A stretch of 64,000 nt of DNA from Octopus sinensis. Taxonomy: Eukaryota. A program made the translations under genes and the position numbers. This document shows, piece after piece, positions 1 to 14,104 of this stretch. Location of the stretch: NCBI RefSeq assembly GCF_006345805.1, contig NC_042997.1:4092001-4156000 (forward strand), given 5' to 3'. Position 1 is the first letter of the stretch; every line of letters starts with the position of its first letter. Under the pieces are notes generated by a model, which saw only the letters and a program-made list of their open reading frames with translations, searched no databases and was not told where the DNA came from.

Positions 1-474
1 CAGTTCTCTTTGCATCACATGTTAAAGTTATCTTAAAAGATACTCTACAGAGATTATTGCCAGCAATGATTTTTGTTACTACATTTCGTATCTGGGATGC
101 CCAGTACTGGCAATAATTTCTATAGAGATAACCTTAACAAAGGAAATTTGTAGTTTCTGGTATTTACTGTAATTTTTGCTCCTTGTTGTAAATGCATGCC
201 GAGTTTATGAGACCGTGTTGTACTAGAATTTACTTATTAGATTTGTAATCTGCTGAAGCGGTGTAATTATTCAGATATTAAGCTTATGTTGCTTATTTTA
301 TTTCGAAGTAAAGTGTTTCTTGAAATAGATAAAAAGAAGAAGCGAGACTTAATGAGAATATTTTAGAGGGGAATGTTAGGTCAATAGAAAAACAATATGT
401 CTGTTTTTATTGTATTCTGTAATATATATTTGTACGTACGTGTGTACGCATACACATACGCACACAGACTCCGA

Positions 475-535
<61 letters not shown>
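475..535. repeat. (TA)n microsatellite
   Basis: Uninterrupted TA dinucleotide run; similar tracts at 1127-1185, 1647-1682 and 3498-3542. Confidence 0.95.
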
Positions 536-538
<3 letters not shown>

Positions 539-1123
539 TCTATTAGATCCTCATAAAAAATTGTACGGGCATTGTCTTGGCATGTATGACTTTTTAACAA
601 AATCTTCAATATTTCACGATGCAAAATTTGGTTTCCTCATTCTTTTGCCTCAATCTCTATGCCTATCACTATTTAGCTTTCCCTCCTCATCCACCTCTCT
701 CTCTCCCTATCGATCTCTTTCTTTCACTTGTATGCACGTTTTCGTCATTTCTCTCTACAAGCACGCCATAGGCTTGCGCAACGGGAGTTGTCTGATTATA
801 TAACAGGTAACACTTCTAAGCCTAATACCCAGGGTTTTTGTGTAAGTGAACTCAATTGAATATTGCATACAAATAATACAGAGGAATTCTAGTTACTTTT
901 GGGAGATCTTCCCTTTCTCACAAAGCATCCAATCTGTCCGGTGCGACTATCCATCAAGAGAAGTTAAGGCTCCAGGATAAATTTTATAATTGCATGGACA
1001 TACGTGTGCCGAAAGCCCAGAAAGTTACTCCAAATATTTAATACGATCCTGTAAGTATGTATCTATCTCTCTATCGATATATCTCTCTCTTTATCTTAAT
1101 CTCACTGCCTGTCTGTCTGAGTC

Positions 1124-1188
<65 letters not shown>

Positions 1189-1644
1189 GCATACATGGGG
1201 GTATGCATACATGTAAACACACATATACACACATATTGACTCTCATACATATACAGTGTGTTGTGTGTATGCTTGTGTGAGTTTATATATTGATTTGTAT
1301 GTGTAAATATGGAAGACATTTCTTTTACACATATTCAGTGAATATGAATAAAAACATAGCGTGACTAGGAAAAGTTATTAGATAATCTAATTCTCGGAGA
1401 ATAATGATTGATAATAGTACTAGAGATATCTGTGACAACAAGGAAAGTGACATTTTTTACAAAAGATATTTTAATATCTTATAATTGATTGCTCTACTTA
1501 TATATATGTTGGACGTTGAATTCAAGTACTGCTTTCACTTAGACTGTGACTGTCAAATATATTAAAGATGCAATATTTTGTCTACAGAGGAACGTAAATG
1601 TATATATGTAGATAGGATTGTATGTATGCATCAGGATATCTGTA

Positions 1645-1687
<43 letters not shown>

Positions 1688-1730
1688 CAGACATACTTAC
1701 TGTATCTGCTTACGACTATATCTACTTACC

Positions 1731-2551
1731 TACGAGTAATACCCGAAATAAACGGAAACGTACTCTGTGGGACAAACCCGTTGTAATTCAGTATTCCGCC
1801 GCTAGAAACCAATTGATGCCTCCCTCAAGCATCATATACTGACCAGTGAAGTTGAGTGTAGTTCTACTGCCTCGTGGTGCACCTTTGCTTCGTCGATTTT
1901 TGGGATGGCTGAAATGAGGTTATAGCGTGCTCTCGTGAAGTTATGTTTCTGCGGGGGAAAACGGCGGTCGAAAAAGTTGTCATACATTAAATAGCATAGA
2001 AGGCGCTGCCTTGAGCAAAACACAAATATACGAGTGGTTTCCACGCTTTAGGAATTGTCACTTCTCACTTATCACATTCAGAACAAATGGAAACCTAATG
2101 AAAATCATGAGCTGATTTTGGTGGATCGTCACCAAAATTTTGACAGAGTTGTGGATACGACTGGGTTATCCTGGATCTGCTGCCAACGAATTTTGAACGA
2201 TAATTGCAAATGAAAATAGTTGCAACAAAACCTTTGCCTCTCTTTCCCACGCAAGATCAAATGAAGTCACGAATAAATGCGTGTTGTGAACTGAAAGAAC
2301 AGTTGAAAGTTAATCCGCAACTTTTTTCGGACAAAATAATATGCAGATTACGAAGACATGAAATAACGATGGAATCGTTCAAATGCATCAATTTGCAAGA
2401 GATCAATCATGCTCCAAATGGTAGAAAAATGCCTCTGGACCTATGTAACGCTTCAAATGGAAAACACTTTTGAAGGCGATAAATGTGTAAAGATGTAAAA
2501 CTAAGTAAATAAATATTCCAAATTCTGGTTTCTTTTGGGTGCCCTCTCATA
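1731..2551 (+). mobile_element. Mariner DNA transposon relic with internal deletion
   Basis: Degenerate TIRs: tacgagtaatacccgaaataaacgg (1731) and attctggtttcttttgggtgccctctcata (2522-2551). Transposase fragments in shifting frames: ALSKTQIYEWF (HTH), GLSWICCQRILNDNLQMKIVATK, RINACCELKEQLKVNPQLFSDKII, and C-terminal ASNGKHFEGD. The DDD core is missing. Confidence 0.75.
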
Positions 2552-3493
2552 TATAATCATTTACTCGCATATATATGGATGTATGTCTGATTGTATGGAT
2601 GTATGTGTTCGTGTGTGTGTGTGTATAAAAAAAACACGCAAAAACACGTATATATTACTTAAATGTCATGTGTTTCTGTTTTGTTTTGGTGAATTTGAAA
2701 GTATCTGGTTCTTTAATCAGTTAACAAAACAGAGAGCAACACACTTATGGCATTATAATCATACAGCCCCTAACCTCTTAATATTACACGCTTTACTCTT
2801 TCAATTTTCGTCTCGTAATTAACATCCTCAAATATGGATAAGAATTTTGTGTATATTTATATAGAACGCATTAGTTTATTGGAGTTTAGTTATAATTTTT
2901 GTCATCGTTAGTACAGTAAATACTAGTACTGTTGTTCGTACTACCTGATGTGATCCTTATCATTCTACAAAGGAATAATATTTCTCCAACGGATCCCAGG
3001 AGTTACGTGTATGATGATGGAAATATATGTATTATGTGTGTATATATGAATATCAATCTATCTATGTATCTGTCTGTCTGTCAGTTTGTCTATAGATCTA
3101 CATACATAAACTTAAGAGAGAAGACGTGTGATTAAACGAGAATGTGGGTAAGACGTGACTCAAAGATGCGCGTAAACATATTATTGTATATATGTGTATG
3201 CGTACGTGTGAGTGTGTTTTTGAGCTTTGTGAATGTGTGTGTGTTTGTGTGATCATATATATATATAAAGTGTGGGATGAAGAGCAGTTAGATCATTTTT
3301 CGTACCAAGGAGAAAATATAAATTTTATATTAAGAACAACGGCCATTGAATACGTTGGGTTTCGGCTTTAACTGGTCTTTCTCTTTGTCTTTATATATAT
3401 ATATATATAATATATATATACAAAAAATATGCACATATACATAGATAAATAAGCACGATAACTTAGAAAGAATATTTGAATGTGGTTGAATGT

Positions 3494-3540
<47 letters not shown>

Positions 3541-3544
<4 letters not shown>

Positions 3545-3722
3545 GAACAGTAAGCGTTTCCTAATCAGCGTATTCATGTTGCGCGCATATTACAGGTATC
3601 GGAGATTTTTTCATCATGTGGGCGTGTACAATCTGTAAGTGCAAGTATGCATACGTACATACATACGCACACATATACACATACATAAACAAACATATGT
3701 ATATTGGTGCATTGTGATGCCA

Positions 3723-3768
<46 letters not shown>

Positions 3769-4064
3769 CGTGATCACCGTGACATACCAGGCTTTCAGAT
3801 GTTGCGACACATCGCTTGTCACAATGCGCTTCGCATTTTTTAGCCTTAAAATGACGCCACCCCGCTTGCTAAGCGAACAGGGGTTAGAGTGAGAGAATGT
3901 TGTGGTGAAAGAGTACAGCAGGGATCACCACCAACACCTGCCCGAGGCTCGTAGAGCTTTAGGTGTTTTCGCTCGAAAAACACTCACAACGCCCGGTCTG
4001 GGAATCGAAACCGTGATCCTGCGACCGCGAGTCCACTGCCCTAAGCATTGGGCCATTGCGCCTC

Positions 4065-4124
<60 letters not shown>

Positions 4125-4350
4125 CGTGTAGGCTCAATGACCCAATGGTTAGGTGATATATATATAAGTGGCATCACAATGCACCGATATGCATATGCTT
4201 GTTTATGTATGTGTGTATGTGTTTGTATGTATGTACGTATGCATACTTGCACTTACAGATTGTACATGCCCACATGATGAGAAAATCTCCGATGTCTGTA
4301 AGGTGCGCGCAACTTGAATACGCTGATTAGGAAACGCTTAATGTTCATTA
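3541..4350. repeat. Inverted repeat with ~190-bp arms (3541-3728, 4158-4350) enclosing a SINE
   Basis: aacagtaagcgtttcctaatcagcgtattcatgttgcgcgc...gccacttata is the reverse complement of tataagtggc...gcgcgcaacttgaatacgctgattaggaaacgcttaatgtt, about 90% identical by eye. Confidence 0.85.
3765..4067 (-). mobile_element. tRNA-derived SINE (family A)
   Basis: Minus strand begins gtggaggcgcaatggcccaatgcttaggg with A-box-like and B-box (gtttcgattcc) motifs and ends in a (cacggtgat) tandem tail. Homologous copy at 36207-36520. Confidence 0.85.
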
Positions 4351-5499
4351 CATCGTATTGTAAAAGATATATATGCAGAAGAATATTGCATTTATTTTTT
4401 CTTATTTTGAAGAGATTTTTCTGCCTACTGGCTTTGAATCGAAATATGTAAATGCTTTGTCACAAACAATTGTAATATTAACCATGATACATCTTACATA
4501 CATCAGATCTTTCTTTATAGCCATAGTAATCAACTTTTGTACAGAATATTTCTTCAAAACAATCATATACAGTAATCTTTTTAGAAAAACAAAAAATGTT
4601 TGATGACTTTTAAAATTATTTTTTTGACCTTTCACATATCTCCAAACTCTTATCTCTAAATGGTTTATCTGCAATGTATTTCTTTACAGAGTCTTCAGGT
4701 AACACTTTGAAACAAATTGGAACGATTATACGTTCTTGGATTTGAACATCTTGACCGATTTTCGCGTATTCTTCTGACTTTCAAATATGTCAAGCGCCCA
4801 AACCTTGAGGGAATCATAGCGTTTCATACTATACATAAAGTAGGTTACATGGTCAAAATTATTAAAATGATATGAATATTAGAAAGCACGTGTGTGTGAC
4901 CATCTATCAACGATTGAAAGAGAATTCTTCTGTTCGTCGTTGTCACTTTTTCTCTTCATCATCGTTACTACTTCCACCACTATAATCAACACCAAAACCA
5001 CCTCATTCTACACCACCAACACAATCATCATCCTCATCAACAACAACCTCTTCATATCAAGCTGGGAAGCGTTGAACTGTTCGACAATTTCCGATGCGTT
5101 TGTTTTATTCCTCATGATCAATTATTTAGGTTTTTCCACCAGTGCGTCAACCTCATTAAAATGTGCTTTATTTGTGTGACCTGAAGTAGGCGAGTGATGT
5201 CTCTTTCTAAATTTTAAAGATTAAAATTGTAGCCACACAAAACCACTAGAGACGCGTAAATGATTTTAAAGAAGGTAAGACACTGCAGTTCCTTACGTCG
5301 TTAAGAAGGGCAATAGGAGAATAACAGAAATGGAATTTGTGACTCTTGCTGTAGCAGGTTTGCCGTTTTTTTGCAAGAATATAGAAATATCTCAATATAG
5401 AGTTCATGTCCCAATGAAACCTATATTACGATCAATTCTTTTACGTGCATCACAACGGAGACGATCATTATTGTTCCTCCCCTTCCCCCTCCTCCTCCC

Positions 5500-5544
5500 C
5501 TACTACTACTGCTACTGCCACTGTTGCTGTCGTCACTGCTGCTG

Positions 5545-5579
<35 letters not shown>

Positions 5580-5640
5580 GCTTCTGCTGCTGCTGCTACT
5601 GCTACTGTTGTTCTGCTACCGCTACTATTACAATTGAGAC

Positions 5641-5685
<45 letters not shown>

Positions 5686-5705
5686 CATCATCATTATTAT
5701 TATTA
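5500..5705. repeat. Compound (CTA)/(CTG)/(ATT) microsatellite
   Basis: Direct reading; it explains the low-complexity ORFs at 5330-5860. Confidence 0.9.
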
Positions 5706-6192
5706 AGTTAGAGAGCAGTACATGCCATCAAAGTTACCCTGGGATCAAATATATAAGGCCTAGTATAAACATCATGATTACTTGTCTGACAACGGTACAC
5801 CAGGTACTTGCATCTCAACCATATGTGCGTGAGAAGATGGTCTCATATCAAGATAAGTAGCATATGACATTGCAATTGGGGCCCAGTTAGAATTTTCTAC
5901 ATTTGGAGTAGCCTATCCCGTTCAAAAGGTTCCCGAATAACAGTTGTTTAAGGATCTTCAACGAAACCTCCATGTATCTAGTGGTGAATAATCTAAATTC
6001 CAAATAATTCATCTTGTAATCAGAGATGCACATAACGTCAGCCACTAAGGGATATACTCAGCAAGTTATGGTCTAACAACTCACAGTGAACAGTATATTT
6101 CCTATAGTCCATTTCTTATACCAAGACAAAACAATGTACATGATAACACTTCCAGTCAGTTAAGATCCGAAGCCATGAGAGCCACTGTCTGG

Positions 6193-6193
<1 letters not shown>
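5706..6193 (-). mobile_element. ~500-bp interspersed repeat (family B), copy 1, embedded in (ATT)n
   Basis: Collinear with 9167-9686 and reverse-complementary to 29541-29920; ATT tracts on both sides. Confidence 0.8.
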
Positions 6194-6422
<229 letters not shown>

Positions 6423-6494
6423 TTTTGAGACGATAAAATAAGCTTCTGGGTTCAATCGATAGGCGCCTATTATCTTAATTTCAGGACGTGTACC

Positions 6495-6710
6495 TATAGG
6501 AGAAATAATTATTATCAGTAAGGCGGAGAGCTGAAAAAATCATTACTGTATAGGACGAGATTCGTAGCAGCATTTTGTTCTGAGATCTGAGATCATTTCC
6601 GCTGAGATGAAATTTGTTTTTCATCCATTCCGAGTTGATAAAATAAATACCATTTGTTCACAAGGGTCAATATGACTTTTTTCCACAAGCAGCTGAGTAT
6701 AAAGTCATTT
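6495..6710 (+). mobile_element. Decayed tRNA-derived SINE (family C)
   Basis: aaggcggagagctg head and tttcatccattccgagttgataaaataaatacca core; related copies at 9725-9890 and 23108-23300. Confidence 0.55.
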
Positions 6711-6749
6711 GCTTATATTCACTACCTAATACGTTGGTTTATTTGCTAG

Positions 6750-8750
6750 GTCTTTATAGCGATATTTAAAATCTAACTGGTTTACATGAATATAATATGC
6801 ATTGGTATGGTGAAACTATTCTTAGTGATGCCTGTGTTTATGTACATATTTCATCAACTGTATCTTGTTTTTTTGCGCCTGGCAGTGTAAGCTGCAACAT
6901 TTCCTAGCCCTTATCCTTTTGTTTTAGGTGTATAATTCATATTGATAGTATTTGTGATTATGGCAGTCTATTTATGGTAAGGACTGCCTTTGCTGTGATA
7001 ATTACGGTGTTATTAGTAACATGCTCTTCTGTAGTTGTTGGATATGGTGACGGCGTATTGATGTTGAGAGATATTACTTCCATCCGATTGTGCCTCTCAA
7101 CATGTTTTCTTTTTTCGCATGTTTTATCGCAGTCCGTTTATTCTTGAATGAAACACGTTGCCATTTGCAAGTGAGAAGCTAGTGTCTTGAGGGCTATTTT
7201 CGTTTTGTTTTATTCTTATTTTGGGATTTTTATTTGCTGTTACGTTTGGCAATGTACTAGTTGTTGGAAGTGATGTTTTATTTCATGTTTTTGCTAATTT
7301 TTTCTCAATGTTAATGTTTTTTTGAAGTTATCGACGTTGATTTAATTGATAATACTGGTCTAAACATTTCCAGGTCATATATTCTCTCCTGAATCTCACA
7401 TGTACTGTGCGGATATGTATGACACACATTTGTATATGATTTGTGTTTCTCAATGTTTTTTCCGGTTATTTTACATATTATTTTACAAGGAAGTGTTCTG
7501 ATTATTTTCATATTAGATGGATTCAATAATGCTTAACTCTGTGGTTTTAGTATTTTTAATTCGTTAAGCGTGATTTTAATTAATTCCTCTTCTCGCACGG
7601 TGATTGCGAGCTAGATAACAATGTATTTGTAAATTCTGGTTGTGCTGATTTTTATTTTACTGTTAATAAGGTGCTGGTGCTGAAGGAGGGATTTTTAGTA
7701 GAGAATTTGTTTTAATTTTTGCTGTTTTGGATACTTTTGCAGCTGTTTGACACTGCTAGACGTAATGGTGATTCTGGCAATTTAGAATTCTCGTGTTGTA
7801 CACGTCGGTGATACTGTTGTTGTTGATATCTGTATTGCTGTTTATAAATACATTCAATGTGGAAAAGCATTAAAAAAGGAATTGATTTTGTTTTTAACTG
7901 TTAGAACAGCTAACTGTTCCTCTACTGTTGGATTGCAAAATCATGTTAGTTCTTCAAATGTATGAGCCGTCGGTATTCAAAGCTACGATAGTTTATAAAT
8001 CCAAGAAGCCCAAGTGGGTACTAGTTGGTTTAATAACAGAATGATACGAAACATTATTTCTTCAATGAGTAAAATTCAATGATAACATCTTTCCCTCGCA
8101 AGTACGATGCTACTACTAGTAGGAATGACAAGAAAAGTTACTAAATATGCAGAAGAAGAAATACTGATAGAAGGGGAACTGTTTCTAAGAATACTTTTGC
8201 GAATATCAGGCGAAATATCCTGCGAGAGAAAGAAGTAGACAAACTAAGATAAAAAAATAACATGCGGAAAATGAAACAAAGCATCTCATAACTCAAACAA
8301 TTGGGTCACAGTCCAGCAAAAAAAGCACATCAGACATTATATCTCCGAAATCGCTTAAGACACGTCAACCCGAACCAGAAATAAATAGACCAGCACAAAC
8401 AATCAACAACACACACATACAGGCGAATACTGAAGCGCGAATCAACAAGCAATATAGCACACACCACAACAGACCAGCTATTACCGAGGTCGGAGACGAA
8501 CCGACTGAAGAAATATCAAAAGTAGAAGAACTAAACGTCACACTGTCGATAAATATGGACCAGCGTAAAGGGCGCCCGATCTTACAGAAAAATAATCAGC
8601 TCTATAAAAGGATAAAGAGATACAAAAGAGCCTTACAATTAAGAATGCCCATATCAACAGTACACTAGATATCAACAAATTCAATGACTTGATCTACTCA
8701 ACAGTGGAATCCATCGTGAAAACAGCACCGCTGTTTTCCTTTATCCCGGA
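6750..8750. pseudogene. Two highly decayed non-LTR retrotransposon N-terminal relics, probably R4/Dong-like (minus ~6750-7900, plus ~8000-8750)
   Basis: Stop-riddled peptides such as NTFANIRRNILREKEVDKL and DINKFNDLIYSTVESIV (plus) and IAIKT*QINQRIR (minus) resemble the pre-RT region of R4-clade ORFs. Recognised by eye only. Confidence 0.3.
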
Positions 8751-9166
8751 ATGAAAGCCTGTCTTTATATGCCTGGTGGCCATGGTGAAAGAGATTTATG
8801 ATGGGTGAGGGTAAAAGGGTTGAAGACAAATACTTTCCTCTTTCGCCAATCCCTGATCTTCTTTGAAAGTGGCGTAAATGGTGCGAGTAATGTCCTGATG
8901 ATATGCCTGTAGTTGGAAAAGAGGAAATATAAAAAACGGCATCTGTCCCAGGAGTCAGAGTGTCCATGATTTTTAATGGGGATTGTTTCGAACGTTTCCT
9001 CCCTACTGAGGATTCCACGTTGTTGATTTCTCTATTTAAAAAAAAATATTGTTAATGTTGTTCACACGCAAAAATCTCACAACACACACATATACATATA
9101 GAAACACACATTTTTATTAAGGTAAGCACTTGAGGTTAAGAAAGAAATCATTATTATCATTATTAT

Positions 9167-9686
9167 TGAGAGAGCAGTGCATGTCATCAAAGTGACACTG
9201 AGGAAAAATATACGAAGACCAATATATCCATCACTACTACCCGTCTGATAACGTTACACCTAGCAAAAGCATCACACCCTTGTGTACCTGCTATGGTCAT
9301 TCGCATATCAAGATAAACACCACATGGCTTTGGGTGCCATTTAGAATTTTCATCATGTTCAATTATTCGTCCTGCTCAAAATGTCCTTGGACGATGGTCG
9401 TTTAAGGATGTTCAACCAAACACCCATGTTTCCAGAGGTGAATTATTCAAACCTTAAAGTATTCCTGTCAACATATGATGTTCTCCCACTACTTCTGCCC
9501 GTGATCAGAGATGCACATATAGTCAGCCACTAAGAGAGATGCTTCACTGGTAAATGACAAGTAAATCTGTGGTACTGAGCAAAATATTTGCTATAGCTCA
9601 TCTTTTGTAACAAAACTAACATACATTATTGCATCATCAGTTAAGATCAGAAGCTGTAAGAGTCAGTGCCTGATATGCCATGAGGT
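9167..9686 (-). mobile_element. ~500-bp interspersed repeat (family B), copy 2
   Basis: Collinear with 5706-6193 (gagagcagtgcatgtcatcaaagtgacac ... gttaagatcagaagc); short ATT tracts on both sides. Confidence 0.8.
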
Positions 9687-9724
9687 AATTTATTATTATT
9701 ATTGTTGCTGTTGTTGTTGTTATT

Positions 9725-9890
9725 CCGTCACCGAGCTGGTGGAATTGTTACCCCGCTGAACAAAACCACATTCCGTCCGTTTATAAATTCCCACTTCAAA
9801 TTTCACTGTCATCGACTTAGCTTTTCACTATTTGTTGTTCGATAAAAAAAAGTACCCTTTAAGCACCGGTTTTGATCCCATTGACTAGAC
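9725..9890 (+). mobile_element. Decayed SINE (family C)
   Basis: ccgagctggtggaattgtta head and ttttcac...tcgataaaaaaaagtacc core, similar to 23108-23300. Confidence 0.5.
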
Positions 9891-10502
9891 AACTACATAT
9901 GTTATCAGAAATGATATGATTAAATAGAAAGTATCATTATAAAGTAGAAGGATTCTTATTTTAATTATTATTAATAATAATAATACCATTATTATTTCGT
10001 TTGGATTTGATGCAATTTCAAAACGATATTTTAAGAAACACAAATGCTTTTAGAACTCTAAAGTTATCCTGAAATCAATTCGTGTGAATTACAGGTGACA
10101 GTTGTATTTATACCAACGCTTAAATTAATCAGTTTACCATATGCACCGCGGAATATACTAAGCTTGTAAACTTCATTCTTTCACCACTGAATATCACTAG
10201 AAATCTTCGAGTGCAAATCGAATTTGATTTAGTGCATATATATACATCCTGTTTAATCAAGTATAGCTACATATATGCTGATATCTAACAGTAGTCAAAA
10301 TAAATTATATTTCTATTTGATTAACGTTAAATTCATTTTGAATTTTCTTAGTGGTAGTTCATGAATAACATTACAAATTTAATAGATAGTCATTTGAGAA
10401 AATTGAATAAACTTGCATGAATTTTCTATTTGAATAGAGAAAACGAATTATTACAAAGCAATATTAATCAAATACGAAATTAATTTTACTGGCAATAATC
10501 AT

Positions 10503-10555
<53 letters not shown>

Positions 10556-10725
10556 TCTCGCTATCCTGTGTTCACACAAATACACATATATTCATACATA
10601 GATATATATTTCTATATGAATATGTGTATATATAACTTTATACACATATGGGCATATTCTTGCACATTTATATATGTGTACAGATATAAGCAAGTAGATA
10701 TGTGTTTACATACATAAATACATAC

Positions 10726-10770
<45 letters not shown>

Positions 10771-10814
10771 ATATATACATAAACATATACATTCATACGT
10801 ACATATATATATAT

Positions 10815-10847
<33 letters not shown>

Positions 10848-13800
10848 CATGCTACCTCATCAAGTTGGTGTAATGATTTGAGTAGATGACAGTTCCTGTC
10901 TTAGATGTCTTTAGCAAATATTACTTTGACGTGGTTGCTCTTAATGAAACGTTCAAATGAGTTTACTTTGAGAATATCATTGAGAATTAACACTAGTTTA
11001 CTGTTTAGTGAAAAAGGTAATTCCAAATAGATCATTTCATATTAGATTTATGACAAAATCTAGCAATATTTAACCGTGTCCCACTTTCTAATAATTCTTT
11101 TTATTAATAAACTCCTCTTCTTTTAGTAGATCATCCAACTAACTCGGAGAGACAGGTTATATGATAGCTTATATTTTTTATATCCTATTCTCTTGATGGC
11201 AATCCTAATTGTGGGAAGTTATTTCCAGTATGATTTAGGATGATACTTCTCTGGCTAATGTGATTATTATGTCCAACATTATTATAATGTTTAGTATGAA
11301 CCTATATTCAACGGGATCTTAAGAGATACTTTGCAAATGTGTAACGAACAAATTTAACCAGCAATCGCACAACCAGAAGTCACTGTACATTCTCCCTTTT
11401 AAGTGATTCTATAATAAACACAAATAGTTATTCCTCTCATTCTTCCATGCCATAACATACGTTAGCAGCTAGACAACTTTATATTGAACTGCATTTTACC
11501 GTACAATTTCAAGTGAACACGAAATATTACCAAAGCCTAAACATGTCAAACAATGGATGTTTACTTTCAGGGAGGGAAGATGTAGCATAATGTAAGCAGA
11601 TTTTGTCTGAAAAACCTATTAAACATTATATTCAATCTTGTTGTAGGTGCCCCAGGAGCGCAATCCTCGCTCTTCAACTACTGAAATTGATTTTACGTGA
11701 ACTATATTGAAGTAACACTTATAGTACACACAGCAGAAATATTGTGGTTATCTGACAAAGAATCCATGCAAAAACAGGAGCTATTTGCTTCAGATAGCAC
11801 TAGTACAACTACAGGTCTTGAATTATCTGAAAGAAGCAGGATTTGCACTATCATACGCTGAGATTAGGTCTTCGATATTGAGAGATTTTGGTACATCGAT
11901 TTTTGGTGCACTTAAAAATTTAATATGGATCAAAGACGTATAGATCGTAATCTTTCATATGTGTTACCTCGAAATTTCTGGCAGAAAAGTAAATGAGGTA
12001 TTTTAAAGAAGGGAACACGACTTTAAGATAGTTATGAGTTTTGAAAGTTAAACTAACCAACAAAGTGCCAATTAATTTCAATTGCCTGAAGTACATAGTG
12101 CAATCAAGCAAATCTAGATTTGGAAATGCCAGAATTCTGACAGCACACATACTATAACGTCATATTTTGTGACAGGAAATTGCATGGTAAATTCTTGGAA
12201 TTCTTATCGTTAATAAAGAGCAAGAGTAATCCATAGACATTGAGTATATATCCATTAAACTTATGAATAACAGCAAATATAGCATAGCAAACATCCAGAT
12301 GTTTTCCATTATTCTACTGCCTGTAAAATCATGTATTTTCTTTTTCTCAAACTGTTAGTATGATTAATTAATAATCATGGAGAATAAATTATCCCTGACA
12401 GTCAACAGGAAATACTCAACCAACCCTAATTCAAAACGGTGTAATTGTTTTGTGGACCCTATTAAGGCGAACAATGCAGCACACTTTGTGCCCATCTGTA
12501 AACGTCAACACAAAACTGGTGTTTTTAATAACGAGTAAATTGTGATTACGTCACAAAAAATCTTCATAGCAGTTGTTTTCTCATACACAATGTTATCTAA
12601 GGCTTTCATTATTTACACCCAAGGGATTCATGTCACAAGGGAAAGCTGTATTTTGGCACCAGTACAATCTGTATATTATTCGGAGATTATACTTGTCTCC
12701 GCCTTCATGTCATTGATCAAGGTAGACAAATATGATTTTCGTTTTAGCAGAATATTGATTAGTCAGCCCAAACTTATATATGGAGTATAGTACAACTTCA
12801 GTTCTGGATGCATTCGAATGAAGAGCTTTTGTGCAAATATCGAGGGCGAAATTCCTTGACGATGCCCATCTAAATTGGAATCTATAGCATAAGCTGTTAA
12901 ACCCATTGATCTCGAGATATCCTTGGAGAAAAGGGATATCTACCAACGGACGGTAACCTCTAGGAGAAAGGAGAGAAGAAAACTCATCCCAACATACTCT
13001 TGCTTTCCTGGGGTGGCACAACATGATATCCAAATCGAAGATGTATTAAATTTTCGTGCGTTGATCTACTTTTTCGACTCTAGCCTTTCCCTATTATATT
13101 TCTCTCTTTCTTTTTCTCTCTCTCTCTCTCTATATCTATATATCTATCTATCTCTCTAGGCTTACATACATACATTTATATATATATACTCAAGAGACGG
13201 TGCAAGAGAGAGAAAGGAACAGAGCGTGTGAGAAATTGACAGAGTAATATATTTACTTGCATACATATACAAATGCACAAAAATATGTGTATGTATTTGT
13301 TTGTACGTGTGTGTGTGTGTGTGTGCGAGTACTAATTTTTTCAACTAAATGAAAGAAATTATTATATAAATATTGAAAAAATGTTATGTAATATTTAACA
13401 CCAGTGCTGCTAATGTTTGTAAACAAATAAATTATCTTTGACATCGTACGAAACAACACTCAACAAATAATTTAGATATTATGATTGAAGACTTTGCAGC
13501 AGTGTAATTTTCAAAACAATTAAATATTATGGAGTTTTTCGAAAATAGGTAACAAAACTGAATTCTCATCTGTATGCTTATATGTTCATATCCCACCGAC
13601 ATGTTACAAGATTCTTATTTTAGGCCACATATTCTTTGCATGATATATTCTTCCACTTTCACAAATATTGGACCCTAGTCGTAAGCGCAATTATTCACGT
13701 CATAAATGCTACAATTCACAAGGATAATGTTATTCACTATTTTATGGTAATGTGTAAGCCATATATCGAATCTCGATATAGCTGAACGTTTATGGATGGT

Positions 13801-14020
13801 TCTGAAGCAGCAATAGAGATGCTACTCTCCTTCATCATTCTCCATGAAAATGATCAAGTCGATATTGAATAGGGCAATATCCTCTATTACGTGTCATGTC
13901 CATATTACGTGTTATTTAGAAGGTGTATAACTCAAATCCACAAGGTTCCAATGTATTGATAATTTTCGCATTAAAAAATAACCCTTCAGTGTAACAAACT
14001 GTTTTTGTCATTTTATCAAA

Positions 14021-14023
<3 letters not shown>

Positions 14024-14096
<73 letters not shown>
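14024..14096. repeat. (TA)n microsatellite
   Basis: Direct reading. Confidence 0.95.
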
Positions 14097-14099
<3 letters not shown>

Positions 14100-14104
14100 A
14101 TTAA

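Noticed and set aside
4400-4850. Possible Tc1-like transposase remnant on the minus strand (LEIRVWRYVK)
   Set aside because: A single weak motif; not enough to call.
11640-12060. Acceptor-like ttgtag followed by coding-looking sequence (CPGAQSSLFNY, reminiscent of Harbinger)
   Set aside because: All frames stop within ~20 codons and downstream motifs do not follow.
12790-13060. Possible LINE 3' coding remnant
   Set aside because: No diagnostic motif recognisable.
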